A stretch of 64,000 bases of DNA, taken from NCBI GenBank assembly GCA_951804945.1, contig OX638159.1:24614001-24678000 (forward strand). The letters are read 5' to 3'. Position 1 is the first letter of the stretch. Each line of letters starts with the position of its first letter. The position numbers were made by a program, and so were the translations under genes. Positions 1 through 13,100 of this stretch are shown in pieces. The notes beneath the pieces were generated by a model that worked only from the letters and a program-made list of their open reading frames with translations, had not been told where the DNA came from and searched no databases. Source of the DNA: Podarcis cretensis (lineage: Eukaryota).

Positions 1-239
1 CTTGAATGTATACATGTAGAAGTACAAAAAATACATGTAGCAGTCACTTTTAGTACATTGGTTTTAAAAAGTGAGAGCGTGGTCATCAGGAAATAACAGT
101 ACAGGCATTTTAAATCAAAATAATAAATTAAATATCACTTGAGTCATCCAATTATTTTTGTACACTAAGCTTGGATTTTCTTAGCTTCCAGCAAATTTTA
201 CATCTCCCAAGCACATCATTGCTTGCAATGAAAATACAT

Positions 240-1800
240 ATTTATTTTATTCAAATTTATTTTTAAAATTTCTATCCTGACTATTTTGACAGACTCAAGG
301 TGACTAACAAACAGTAATAAAACAAGTTTTTAAAAAATCCCTAAAACAAAACTCTCAATAGACATTCAAATAATAATAATAATAAAACCATATCCAATCT
401 GTATATCAAATTTCAGCAGCAGAAAAAAATAGCACAGATCTGAGGTAGCAAAACTACATGATTAACCAAAGGTCTTTCTTAAAAAGCAGGTCTGCAGCAA
501 CCTCCTGAAGCAGTGTGGCTGCTTTGTGGGGAATCTTGCTTGGAAAGGGAGGTATAAATTTTTATGAATTCGTTAAATAGTGAAAGGGCCACTTGATAGA
601 ATTTTCCATAGGGTAGATGGCACAACAGAAAAGGGGCTGTACCCCTAATTTACACCAGCCACATCTCTGACATTGAGGGACTTAGGACAGAGTCTCAGAT
701 GATAATCTGAGCATATGGAGAGGAACATCTGGGAAAGGTAGTTCCTAAAGTAGACAGGTGCCAAGCCAACAAGGATTTTGAAGATTTAGGACCAGCACCT
801 TGAATTGACCTGGGAACTACCGTAATCAGCAGCCAGTGCATGACATAAAGAAATGGCACAATAAATCAGACCGCCTAGCTCTTCCCAACATTCTGGCGAC
901 AGCATTCTGTACTAATTGAGGTTTCTGAACATTTTCCAAGGGTACCCCTGTATAGAACATGTTACAGCAGCCCAATCTGGAAGTCATTAAAGCAAGAACG
1001 CCCATGCCAAGGTCCACCTTCGTTAGCAAAGGCCATAGCTGGCGTACCATTTTAAACTAGGGAAAGCTGTAAACGGTTCATCTACTAATGGTAACTTGTT
1101 TGGACTGAGTTTCAGCTTGTTGTACCACACCTAGCCTTTCAGAACTGTCAAGCAGTGCTTCAGCATTTCAACTGCCTCCTTTCATATAAAAATGAAAGGT
1201 AAACATGGGTACCTGATGACTTCAGGAACCAAATTTCCAATTGACCTTCCCCAGCAGCTTCATGTATGTGTTAAATAGCACAGTGGGATAAGGTGGAAGC
1301 CAGTGAAACTCCCTTGGTGACATGCCATGGGGAAGAAGAGCAGTCCCCCATTACTACCTTCTGTGTGGTAAGAAATCCCTGGAATAAACAGACCCATTTC
1401 AACACCATGGCCCCAGTTTCCATCACTTCAAGGTGACTCCAAAGGCCAATGGTGTCAAACCCTGCCAGGAGCCTACACACCCTCTTATCCATTTTGTAGA
1501 TCATCCACTAGGATGACCAAGGCAGTTTCCATGCTGAAACTAGGCTGAAGTCCAGTCTAGAAGGGATTTCAGTCATTACTTTCATCCAAAGCTCTGGAGC
1601 TACATTACTAGAACTTATGCACATACCCAATGAGAATATTAAAAACCAAAGTGATCACTACCCAAGTAGATTTCCATTTCCACGATCAGGCACTATATTG
1701 CTGCCTCTTTCCAGATTAAAGGCATGAAAACCTTGGTAAAGGAGGTGTTTATTACTGCCACACCCATTGGGCCTGTGCTACTACATCACCAAATATGTCT
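240..1800 (-). mobile_element. Old, degenerate L2-clade LINE (RT C-terminal region and 3' UTR)
   Basis: Fragmentary ORFs SRLGCCNMFYTGVPLENVQKPQLVQNAVARML and FDTI...VLKW...QKVVMGDCSSSPW..KG resemble L2 reverse transcriptase motifs, with many stops and frameshifts. Boundaries are approximate. Confidence 0.7.
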
Positions 1801-4800
1801 GTTGGTAGAGAAGACATGTTGAGAAGAGACTGTAGTTTATACCTAATGAACCTCGAATTCACCAAACCCACAAATGCAAAGGCTTATTTAACAAGTGGGT
1901 TTTTAAAAATCTACTTAAAATATTCAAACCCCCTTTTCTATTAAAAATAATTGCCAGAGTAGATTACCATAAAAATACAATATATCACAATACAGCAATG
2001 CACTGTAATACAATAACATTATTGCATTAAATTATCAAAACAGTAAACAACAATAATTAAAATAACAAAAGCCAGTAATAGTAGAACTTCATCGGAGACA
2101 TCATAAAACAGCAGGTGAGTTAATGAATTTCCCTTCCAAAAAGGGACTAATGTGAGCCCAGAGCTGTAAAGCCCTTAAAGAAGAGCTGTAAGATATTATT
2201 TCCAAACCAAACCACTTTTTATACAATGGATACCATTGAGAGTAAGAACAAGCCATATTGGCAACATGACACACACATCCCATTGCTTGTATTGAAGTTG
2301 TTTTTATTTTTATTTTTCTTTGAGCAGCTGTTTCACTCTACCAGGGGAGAAAGAAAATAGTTCTCAACATTAATTCCATAAGCATGAAAAATAGCTCTGA
2401 TGGCTTTCCATCAGGATTGCCTAAGAGTGGTTTTTATTAAGTCTAGAACCATTCAAATGCTAAAGCCTGAGCTAACAGGAAGTTAATGTCTTTTTGGCAA
2501 AAGTTTCAATGACTGTAATTTAAATTTCTGCCTTTTAAAACAATGGCACCTTTAGGCAAAGCTGACTGGTTGTCAAAGAATTCTGCAATGCTACCAAACT
2601 AGATGTGTCAGAATGCCATCAGATTAAAACAAAACACAACAACCAAGCAGAAGCATCTAGCTAAAGCCTGCTTTAGTTTTTGCATGTTTCCTCTGATTAA
2701 TAGGAGATGAGTAAAGGTGATAAACATTTACAGCTTGTTAATATTGCTTTCATTTTATAGTGCACATGAAAAATTAGTGCTTTATGAATGCAGGATGAGG
2801 AAAACGCTTTGAAAGCAGGGATTTCGCCTTTGACACCCAGCATGATACTAGCTGCTCCCAGCTAGGGTGAAGGGTGGACCACAGAAGGGATAAATTATAC
2901 TGTCTGATGGACTACCACATGTATGGGGTAGAAGGCATGCAGGGTTCTCTCTCCCACGTGCCTTCTTCCCCTTTACAGTTGCCAAAAGTTTGACAGAAGG
3001 AGAGGCTATGTTTGTGTGGCTTGGGTACCTGTGCAGACATGAAATGCTTCAGAGGACTATGTGTTGCGCACATGTTGTAAGAGATGAAGCAATAGCCAGT
3101 CTCGCCAAATCAATAAGTGCAGCTTGCTGAATTTTCAGGTAAGCAATGTATCAACTTCTATTAAGGGGTTTACATGAGTAGGTGTGAAAGAGCGAAGCCT
3201 TCCCTCCATGCCAACAATGGTTGAGTTGCCTTTAGAAGAATGACGACTTGAAGTTCACTCTTGAGTTTCAGTATGTGATGTTGTTCTTCACTTCCAAATG
3301 TGTCTCTTTCCTTACCTGCTCTTCTGGTGTGATTTGATTTACAAACCTTTTCTTAAATACTTTTTTATTTTATGAAAAAATAGCTTTTAACGTACTTCTA
3401 CAAAGTTAGGTTTAAGTTTGAGATCTCCACAGCATTCCATAATAGTTTAAAAAGGTGTATGGATCAAAAATTTATAAACAGACCATTTATTTGAGATCTC
3501 TATTGACTCCTTGAAAGGTATATTAATTTCATTGACAATGCTATTTCGCAGATCTTTTTAAATAACCATTCAGTAAGCTGAAGAGTTTGTGCAAATTCCC
3601 AATAGAGAACAATGCAAATTGTTGCCACTTTTTAGATGTATAATATGACTATACGCGCGCACGTGCACACACACTCTGTGTGTGTGTTTTTAAATGTAAC
3701 TAAAACATCACTGGGTGCATACAGTGTTGTTAAAAAGATGGCAAAAGTTTAAAGTGGATGTTCACATAATCTACTTAAAACAAAAAAAAAACAAAAAACA
3801 AAAAACACCCTCTTTTTTTAACCTTGGTATTAATAGAACTTTCGTAAGCACAATTCTGAATTTAAATGTGGTTTTCAAAAAAACAGACACCTTCAAGTTA
3901 ATGATGCTGCTAGAAAACTTCAAATATTACAATATGAGCTACGTTATTTTTAAATGCTTATTAGGTTTTAATGGATATTTTACATGGTTTATGAGAGTAG
4001 AATGGCGCAAGGTGCTGTTACTTTTAAACAGCCATAAGGTAAAGGTGATAAAAGTTTAATTCTTTAAATTAAAACGTACAATGGAAAAGATTCCTAGAGG
4101 GGAAAACAGAGGTAGGAGGTAAATGATTTAATTAGCATATGACTCAAAATCCACTTCATGTAGCATTTATCTCCAAAACATAGATAAATAGAAAATGCCT
4201 CACTTATGCTGTGGAAGTATATGCTGTAGCTTTTTTTTTTTTTTTTAAGCAAACTTTAAAAAAACAAAACAAAAAAAGCTTGTAAATGTATTAGGCAACC
4301 TAATCTGCTACCCCAGATTTGGATTTTGGATTCAAATGGAAGACAGTAATTCTGCTTATTTGGGGTAAATTAACAAGCTGCTCTTGAGTAATCCATTAGC
4401 CAGGGGCCATCTGTTGATGGTATGTTCCTATATGGTGAACTTTCTTCAGGCGATGAATGAGGGGAGAGAATCGAAGCACTCCATGCGATTAGTAAGCAGA
4501 TGCATGCTGTCTGAGAGCATCCTTCCTGCCTCTCATTCTGCCAGCTCTCTATATTGATGGAGTGTTGTATGCCTATAAGCCATTCCATGCTAGGGCAATG
4601 AGAAGTGCTCTCTCAGGGCCCATTCATCAAGTATTTCTACGGGTGTTTGTTAGAAAGGAATTCTGAATGTGGTTTTTTCATACAACGAAGGCTGATAGTC
4701 TTTCCTCCTTTTTCTTTTTTAAATCTGCAGACATATGTGCCCATTGTTCAACAGTAATAGCTATATGCTGTCCAAGGACCTCTTATAAATACAAGATTCA

Positions 4801-5944
4801 GCTGCTTTTTTGTAACGTGATCAACTCTTTTGTGTCAAGATCATATTGTTTTTTATTCTTTTTCACTACTTCCAGCTCTCAACAATATGGAGTAAAGTGT
4901 TAGGCTACTGCTAGTAAGCAGTTTGAGACAGACCTCGCCATATTAGAAAACGTAGACTATTGTTGAGATTATTTAATGTGTTGCAATTAAAGCTGTTTGT
5001 AGTTAGCCTTGCTGATGAGAGCCACCTGTTGCCAAAAGACCTTTTCAGTGTGTTTATTTCCCTGCTTAGCCTAGAACTAGTTCTCAGTACTAGGCTTGGA
5101 ACTTGTATCCTAGTGACCCAAGAGGGAGTGCCTGTCCTTCATCACTGAACAGTCATGTTGCACCTATCTGGGATTAGGAGGATGAATTGCAGGCCAGAGG
5201 GGTAAAACATCTTGGGAGAGTCCTGATTTCTCTTGTTCAATGTAAAGGCTACTTACTGAAACCCAGTGAAGAATCTGGAAGCATGTGATGCTGCATTATT
5301 ACTGGTTGGTAAGCAGATCACTTATTGCAGAGACATTAAAATGTTGTTTCAGTGCACTAGCCAACTTTTGGTCTGTCATAAAAGTCACAGGGATGCAGAA
5401 GCAGGTGAAACAAATTGCGCTGATCAAGCCATTATGCTCCTGATTTATTGCATAAATTAGTGGGAGCCTATCCTTCAGTATGTGTATGAAAGCAGCAGTA
5501 TTACAAATACTTGTCACAATAGCTCAACCATTTTACAAAAAGTGCATTTCTCATATATATCTATATATATATATCTATATCTGATGCTGTTGGTTATGGA
5601 TGGAATATCACAAAACAGCTTACCAGTAATATTACATTTTAGTGAATGTATTTGCTGATAGTATGCAAATAAGATGTAGAGTTAATAAGTAGCTTTGCTT
5701 ACCATAAATCCATTTTCCCTTTATACTGCCGTAATGCACTAATAACAAACACATCTACAAGAACAGTGTTGTGCTGTAAACTGCTGTCATATAAAAGCAG
5801 TTTTCAAACGTTTTGTCCATGCCAGGTATCCTGCAGGTAATCTGTTGAGGAAAATCTGTGGGTCTGAAACTGTAGAAAGAGGCATGAAAGATGCTGGACC
5901 TTGTTTCACAGTCCATAGTCAGTTCATGTGAACTACTACAGGTA

Positions 5945-6325
5945 TGCGGTAGAACATTTGCTTTGTGTGTAGAAGGTCCTAAGTTTAACCCTCAGCATCT
6001 TAAGGTCGGACTTTGAAAAAATTCCTGCCTGAAACACTGGAAAGCCACTGTCAGGGCTTATCCATACTTACTTTTCTGAATCAGAGTGAACATCAAGCCA
6101 TGGAAAACCCAAATTGACGTTTGCTCCAGTTCAGCTTTAAAGAGCAGGGGAAAGCTCAGGGCAAAAATATATGGAAAAAAAAATAAAATTGCTCAGACGT
6201 GGAGCATTTTAGCTCAGACCTCTGCCTGGAAAGAGCAGGGCAAAAGTTAAAGTGTGGATAAACCCCCAGTCAGTGTAGATAACGCTGAACTATGTGACAC
6301 CTTTGAAGGCAGCTTCCAATGTTCC
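5945..6325 (+). mobile_element. tRNA-derived squamate SINE (Squam3-like), interrupted at 6054-6265
   Basis: tRNA-like head (ggtagaacatttgctttgtgtgtagaaggtcctaagtttaaccc) and body cctgcctgaaacactggaaagccactg, resuming after the insert as ccagtcagtgtagataa...aggcagcttccaatgttcc. Confidence 0.65.
6054..6265. mobile_element. PIF/Harbinger-like MITE nested in the SINE
   Basis: TIRs gggcttatccatactt and aagtgtggataaaccc (14/16 match) with 3-bp flanks tca/cca. Confidence 0.6.
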
Positions 6326-6394
6326 TTGCTGGCTGCACCTATTGGGCCTTGTTGGAAACTGCAGGTGGGCTCAGGTTCTCGGGTCATGTTTGCA

Positions 6395-6492
6395 GAATTC
6401 CCAGAGCCACCTGGTTGGTCACTGTGAGAAAAGGATGCAGGACCAGGTGGGCCATTGGCCCGATTCAACAGGCTCTTCTTAAGTTCTTACGT
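6395..6492 (+). mobile_element. Degenerate 3' tail of a CR1-type LINE or CR1-dependent SINE
   Basis: gggccattggcccgattcaacaggctcttcttaagttcttac resembles a squamate CR1-related 3' end with a ttcttatg-type terminal repeat. Confidence 0.5.
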
Positions 6493-6962
6493 GCCTATAA
6501 AATGTGTTGAAATATAAGCTGTCACAGAGAAGTATGAAATGCATGCTTGGCTCTTAGGCTTTACAGGAACGGCCTTTGTGATTCTTTAAACAGCTTCATT
6601 CTTTCAGTAGGATTAAATGGATCAAACTATTCCTTCATAATTTACATCACTCCGTGATTCTTTTCTCTCTCTTTAGTTTATATGGCTAAATGTTTGAAAA
6701 TGCTCCCAAAATTATTCAGACCATGAGTGATTTACCACATCACATACTAAGTTTTGTTTTTAAAACATATTACAGCAGTAATGTATTAGTTGGAGAGGTA
6801 ATAAAATGCAGGGAAGAAAGCATGAATTATATTTGTGTAAGGCATAGCTGGAAAATGTTAAACACACAAATTTCAGCATCCATTTTCTCCACTTCTTGTC
6901 TGTCCTTGTTCTGGACAACACTTTGCTCTTTCCCAAAGAATCTAAACAAACAAAAGATCTCA

Positions 6963-8530
6963 CAATGTACCTCTGGTTATGAACTTAATTCGTTCCGGAG
7001 GTCCATTCTTAACCTGAAACCGTCCTTATCCTGAGGTGCGCTTTCGCTAATGGGGCCTCCCGCTCCGGCGCACAATTTCCTTTTGCATCCTGGGGCAAAG
7101 TTCGCAACCAGGAGCAGCTACTTCCAGGTTAGTGGAGTTCATAACCTGAAGCGTTTGTAACCAGAAGCATTCATAGAATCATAGAGTTGGAAGAGACCAC
7201 AAGGGCCATCGAGTCCAACCCCCTGCCAAGCAGGAAACACCATCAGAGCACTCCTGACATATGGTTGTCAAGCCTCTGCTTAAAGACCTCCAAAGAAGGA
7301 GACTCCACCACACTCCTTGGCAGCAAATTCCACTGTCAAACAGCTCTTACTGTCAGGAAGTTCTTCCTAATGTTTAGGTGGAATCTTCTTTCTTGTAGTT
7401 TGGAACCATTGCTCCATGTCCGCTTCTCTGGAGCAGCAGAAAACAACCTTTCTCCCTCCTCTATGTGACATCCTTTTATATATTTGAACATGGCTATCAT
7501 ATCACCCCTTAACCTCCTCTTCTCCAGGCTAAACATGCCCAGCTCCCTTAGCCATTCCTCATAAGGCATCGTTTCCAGGCCTTTGACCATTTTGGTTGCC
7601 CTCTTCTGGACACGTTCCAGTTTGTCAGTGTCCTTCTTGAACTGTGGTGCCCAGAACTGGACACAGTACTCCAGGTGAGGTCTGACCAGAGCAGAATACA
7701 GTGGCACTATTACTTCCCTTGATCTAGATGCTATACCCCTATTGATGCAGCCCAGAATTGCATTGGCTTTTTTAGCTGCCGCGTCACACTGTTGGCTCAT
7801 GTCAAGTTTGTGGTCAACCAAGACTCCTAGATCCTTTTCACATGTACTGCTCTCAAGCCAGGTGTCACCCATCTTGTATTTGTGCCTCTCATTTTTTTTG
7901 CCCAAGTGCAATACTTTACATTTCTCTCTGTTAAAATTCATCTTGTTTGTTTTGGCCCAGTTCTCTAATCTGTCAAGGTCGTTTTGAAGTGTGATCCTGT
8001 CCTCTGGGGTGTTAGCCACCCCTCCCAGTTTGGTGTCATCTGCAAATTTGATCAGGATGCCCTTGAGTCCATCATCCAAGTTGTTGATAAAGATGTTGAA
8101 TAAGACCGGGCCCAAGACAGAACCCTGTGGCACCCCACTAGTCACTCTTCTCCAGGATGAAGAGGAACCATTTGGGTTCGGTCAGTCAGCCAGTTACAAA
8201 TCCACTGAGTGGTAGCATAGTCAAGACCGCATTTTACCAGCTTCTTTACAAGAATATCATGGGGCACCTTGTCAAATGCCTTGCTGAAATCAAGGTAGGC
8301 TACATCCACTGTGTTCCCTTCATCTACCAGGCTTGTAATTCTGTCAAAAAACGAGATCAGGTTAGTCTGACATGACTTATTTTTCAGAAATCCATGCTGA
8401 CTATTGGTGATCACAGCATTCCTTTCTAGGTGCTCACAGACTGTTTGCTTAATGATCTGCTCCAGAATCTTCCCTGGTATTGATGTCAGACTGACTGGGT
8501 AGTAATTATTCATAACCAGAGGTACCACTG
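6963..8530. mobile_element. Tc1/mariner(Tigger)-like MITE (CAGTGGTACCT termini), interrupted by a CR1
   Basis: Right end gaggtaccactg|TA at 8530 and a degenerate left end caatgtacctc. The body is homologous, in reverse orientation, to 26370-27795. Confidence 0.75.
7171..8507 (-). mobile_element. CR1 LINE, 5'-truncated, young (ORF2 RT domain and 3' UTR)
   Basis: Encodes PVSLTSIPGKILEQ...QHGFLKNKSCQTNL...YLDFSKAFDKVPH...[19 protein letters not shown]...[10 protein letters not shown]. Frameshift near 8170 and a stop near 7336. (TTCTATGA)n-type tail at 7171. attcata is duplicated at 7169-7175 and 8508-8514. Confidence 0.95.
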
Positions 8531-9765
8531 TACAAGTTTCTGAGCTGATACAGGCAGTAGATAAAGACAGCATGTGCTGATCGTTCTTGCAGTGGATCAG
8601 CTGCTCAAGTATGGCATTTTGAGAAAAAAAACACAAGTCTCTATTAAATAGACTGCCACAGTGCTGAGTCACTGTATTGATTAGTGCAGTTTCACTGGGG
8701 AAAATATCCCTTGCATAATGACTTCAAAACAAGGCAGTACTAAAACACTGACCTTATTTGGTTTGCTTAGTCTCCCCAACATACTCTGCAGGATTTATTT
8801 GCTTTGTGATCTGTGTGTCGTTCTTTACACAGAAGATTGATGCAGCCAGGTTGGGAATATTTCTACCTTAGGGCACCCATAGTCTTGTTTCCCCCCACTG
8901 TTGCAATAAGACTTACAATAAACATGGTTTATTCTGGCACAAGAGGAAAGGAAATTTGCAGGAAAGATAAAAGTGTATTTAGGTTGGGGAGCATTTAGGT
9001 TCTGGTTTAGTCACCACTCAATATTCACTCAGCAGAGCTGGATGAAGAGTTCTGCCAAAGAAATTTTAACCCAGTCATGCACATCAGTTCTGGGGTTTGT
9101 AATTTCTCATCTTCTCTCCATTTCTGTTAGTTAGAAAAGAGGACAGCCAGGGCTGTATGGTGAAAATATGTCAGGGATTGTGCAAGGGATGGCTGAAAAC
9201 AGGCATGTGTGTCGTACTTGGGGAAGAAATTAATTTAAATAGCAGGCATAGAAAAACAAACTGAAAGAATAAGCAATTAAGTTTAATGAAAAATACCTGT
9301 AGCAGTTAACTGCCAAGCTGTTATTTCTTTTCATATGCAAATATAACTGAAGGTTGTTGTAGATACCTAAGGAATAAATCTTTTCAATGATCCTGTAAGC
9401 AAAGTAACGTTTTATGATTGAAGATCAGTCCAACAGCTCCCATGGTTTTCCATGGGATGTAGAGAAATGTCTGTGTGTCTTATGCAGCACTCAGAACTGG
9501 CCAAACTTCAGTGGGATGGTGCTTTGAATTTTATAGGCCAAGCTCCTGGGCAGGTGATTTCATGGAGTAAGCTTTTGACTAGGACTAGAAAATGTGTGGA
9601 ATAGTGTCCACTACCAGAGGCTAGCAGGAGGCACCTGAACTACAGATCATCACCTGAACAGCTGATCATCCTGAACTGTTCTATGTTTCCAGGAGCTTGT
9701 ATCTGGTAAAAAAATAAAAAATACCCTGTGCTATCTCTAAGCAGTGGCCTAGGTGTGGAGGGGTT

Positions 9766-10117
9766 GGGACATGGGTGGCGCTGTGGGTTAAACCACAGAG
9801 CCTAGGACTTGCCAATCAGAAGGTCGGCGTTCGAATCCCCGTAACGGGGTGAGCTCCCGTTGCTTGGTCCCTGCTCCTGCCAACCTAGCAGTTCGAAAGC
9901 ACGTCAAAGTGCAAGTAGATAAATAGGTACCACTACGGTGGGAAGGTAAACGGCGTTTCTGTGCGCTGCTCTGGTTTGCCAGAAGCGGCTTAGTCATGCT
10001 GGCCACATGACCCGGAAACTGTATGCCGGCTCCCTTGGCCAATAAAGTGAGATGAGTGCCGCAACCCCAGAGTCGGTCATGACTGGACCTAATGGTCAGG
10101 GGTCCCTTTACCTTTAC
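9766..10117 (+). mobile_element. Sauria SINE, full length
   Basis: tRNA-related head with A box (tggcgctgtgg) and B box (gttcgaatccc), and an (ACCTTT)n tail. TSD gtgtggaggg at 9753-9762 and 10118-10127. Confidence 0.92.
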
Positions 10118-13100
10118 GTGTGGAGGGACCCTGAGTTTTCTTTGCATAAGTAACCTCTTTGTGATGGTTTCCAGCACAGGTTTCATCATACCCTGTTAGA
10201 AGGCATAACGAAGCAGCTGCATGCTTGGAGTAATGGAGAAAAGACTATAGGTATCTGCAACCCTCAGGAATTGGATCTGAGTGCGAAGTGGAACAGCATG
10301 CCTGGTGCCTGGACCCTCCCCAACTGCCTTCTGTGGGTCTGCCTTAGCTTTGACCTGGGTCGTGTTGTAAAATTACTAGCTTTCCTAAGCTTACAAGATT
10401 CAGAAGCTTACATGTTTCAAGATTCTTATTCGTGCTGGGAAAGTCTTGAAAATAAAGCAAGCAAATTAGATTGTCAAATACAGACTTTGAGGTTATTAGC
10501 TCACAAGAAGTAATGCTAAAAATGCTGGGAAATTGTGCTATACTTGACAGTGTTTAAATCATGTTATAAGTATGTGAATAACAAAATGGAGTGATATGGA
10601 TAAAATGTGTGTTAAAGCAGGAAAATGAAAGTTGCTGTAGGAGTCAAGACTCCATTTACCCTTTCCTAGTTTGCTGCTGAAACCTTTAATTGTTTTCCTT
10701 ATCAGTAATTCATCTTACACTACATCTCTGTAGATACAGTAGACATCAAGAAAAAGAGGGGAAACAACTTTTATAAGCTTTTGTCAGTTTGCAACTGTAT
10801 TTGGTTGTAAAACAATAATTCTGTCTAAAATAATAAGAAGTTGGTTACAAATTCTTGAGCATATTTCTGTTCTCTGCTGGTAGGCAGATTTCTAATTTTT
10901 GCCCTTCTCTTTATCTATGGTTGCCTTCATCTTTGTAGCAAAGCTGTAGGCATTTGCTAAAGTGAAGCCTTTCTTCCTGTGAAAAGTGAGACTTGAAGGA
11001 CTGACCTTATTGTAATTTGTATTCACTTGAAATGACACATCTTTCTTCTCGTGGAGTAAAGTCTTGTCTCGGGAGAAGAACGTATGAAATACTCATTTTA
11101 AAAAGCCAAAAGGTTCCTGTGTTGGACCTGAGGTTATAATGATCTTTAAAACAGACAAAGAATCTTCAGTGCTTTGTGTACATTTATTAAAATTCTCTCC
11201 ACAAAGATAGCTTCAAGTAAGAGTACTTACCAAGGTGCTTTTTGTTTCTGTTGTTAGCAAATACTGATTATAGTGATCACGAAATCTTCCTTTTTCCATA
11301 TTGTGAGATGATACTTGTCACAAAGTAGAGGTACTTGGGATGATGAGTGGTGGAAGGATGTAATTAACAAATAGTTAGGTACTTTATTAATTTACCACAT
11401 GGTGAGCTCTATGCCCTTGTTGCATGGAGTTGTGATATTTTTCTGCTGGGTTTCGAATTCATTTTGGTAGGCTCCGAAAGGATCTCAACAATGATGATTG
11501 TATCCTTGTTACACATTTTATATTTTCAGAATTGGTGAAGATGGGTGACCTCGAAAGAGCACAGCTTGACTTTTAGAAGCCATGCTGAGTTTGCAGAGCT
11601 TGTAGTTAGGAAAATAATATCTTTGTCCTGTAAATGAAGCAAGTTCACTTGGGTAGTCATTGATTTTCCATATTTATTTTATTTCAAATGTTTCAGTCAT
11701 TCCGTATAGTAAAAATATAATTAAATATATTAAAGAATAATATAAATCTTTATAATTTATTTGAATAAACTGGCATGGGATATAAAACAGTTTAATTAGG
11801 GTATAAATCAGTTCATCACTTCCCACAGCCAAAGGAAATTCCGAAGCAACTTACAAAATAATAAAAAAATACTGCCTGGTAGCTGCATTTACCTGAAATT
11901 ACCTGAAATTAGAAGCCTTTGTTTAGGTTATAGTACAGTATATTCTTTCCCCCCAGTAAAACATCTATACAAAATGGTTTACAACTAACTGCACCTAAAA
12001 TTATATATTTCATATTTTATCAGAATAAAACCAGAGAAACTATATTGAGGTCCAAGAGGCAAATGACTGCTTATGTACAGATTTACACGTTGCTCTTTTG
12101 GACTGTTGTGTGAGCACTACAGTAGTGTCTTATTTTTGCTTGCACCATGCTGAGTGATTGGCTCATTACTGAGTGACTTGTCTGTACTGTGCTTGGGGTG
12201 AGAAGCTCTGCTTTTGAAAGCATCATAAGCAGGCTTGTCTGTGAGATAAGCTGCTATAGCTTTGTGCCATCCAGCTGGGCTGAAAGTTGGCATAATTATT
12301 ATAGAGGATACTTAATTTGTTTTGATTAGCTTAATAGGGTAATGATACCAATCCATAAGAGTTTAGCACCATTTTAGTCCAAAATACATAATCATCATCA
12401 TCATTATGAAGAAGAAGGGCTTCACCCATTGTTACAGAAATGAACAACTTTCTTGCTTCACAGATTACACAATATGTGGACCTGGCTGCTTTAAATTGTC
12501 TGCCAAGATTTATGCTGGTCCTGAAGAATGACTTGATGATGTGTTAGGACTAGGGATGAACAGATCCATCGAGTTCCATCTTGTGCTGGTTTCAGATTAT
12601 TGTCATAAGAATCGAGTTTCTCATTATTACTTTTTTTTGCTTCTGTAGGAACAATTTCATATTCATGATACGACTGATACTAAGTTGATCAGTCTGACTG
12701 AATTTTGTAAATGTCTCTGAAAATGTATTCTCTTATTTTTCCTTACACACAGAGAGAGAGAAATAGAAAGAGAGAGCGAGCAATAACATTTGTGTGTATG
12801 TGTCTGTTCGCAAAGTGTTGCAAATACATGTGACTGGTTTTTTTTTGGTTTTGTTTTATTATGTATTCACAATTAATTTTTTTTCTGTTGTGAACCACTC
12901 TGGGATCTTCAGGAGGGCGCTATGAAAATTAAATTAATTAATTAATAATATGGTTGCCTTTCTGATTCAAATTGCAAACAGGAAATGGAAAATCCAAAAG
13001 CTCTTCTTTTAGATAAACCTGAAAGAAGAGAAATTGAATTTCTTACAATTAACTTTGATTATGGTTTCCTTGAGGTTATGTCATTTATACAATGGTAAAA

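Noticed and set aside
7336-8672. Functional reverse transcriptase gene
   Set aside because: The CR1 copy is 5'-truncated, lacks the endonuclease domain, and has a frameshift near 8170 and a premature stop.
9766-9845. tRNA gene
   Set aside because: The A and B boxes belong to the tRNA-derived SINE head. There is no full cloverleaf, and it continues into the SINE body with TSDs.
9788-10189. Recurrent ORFs with GTYLSTCTLTCFRTARLAGAGT (also at 30316, 42707, 62705)
   Set aside because: These are antisense translations of the non-coding Sauria SINE. The similarity reflects repeat copies, not a protein family.
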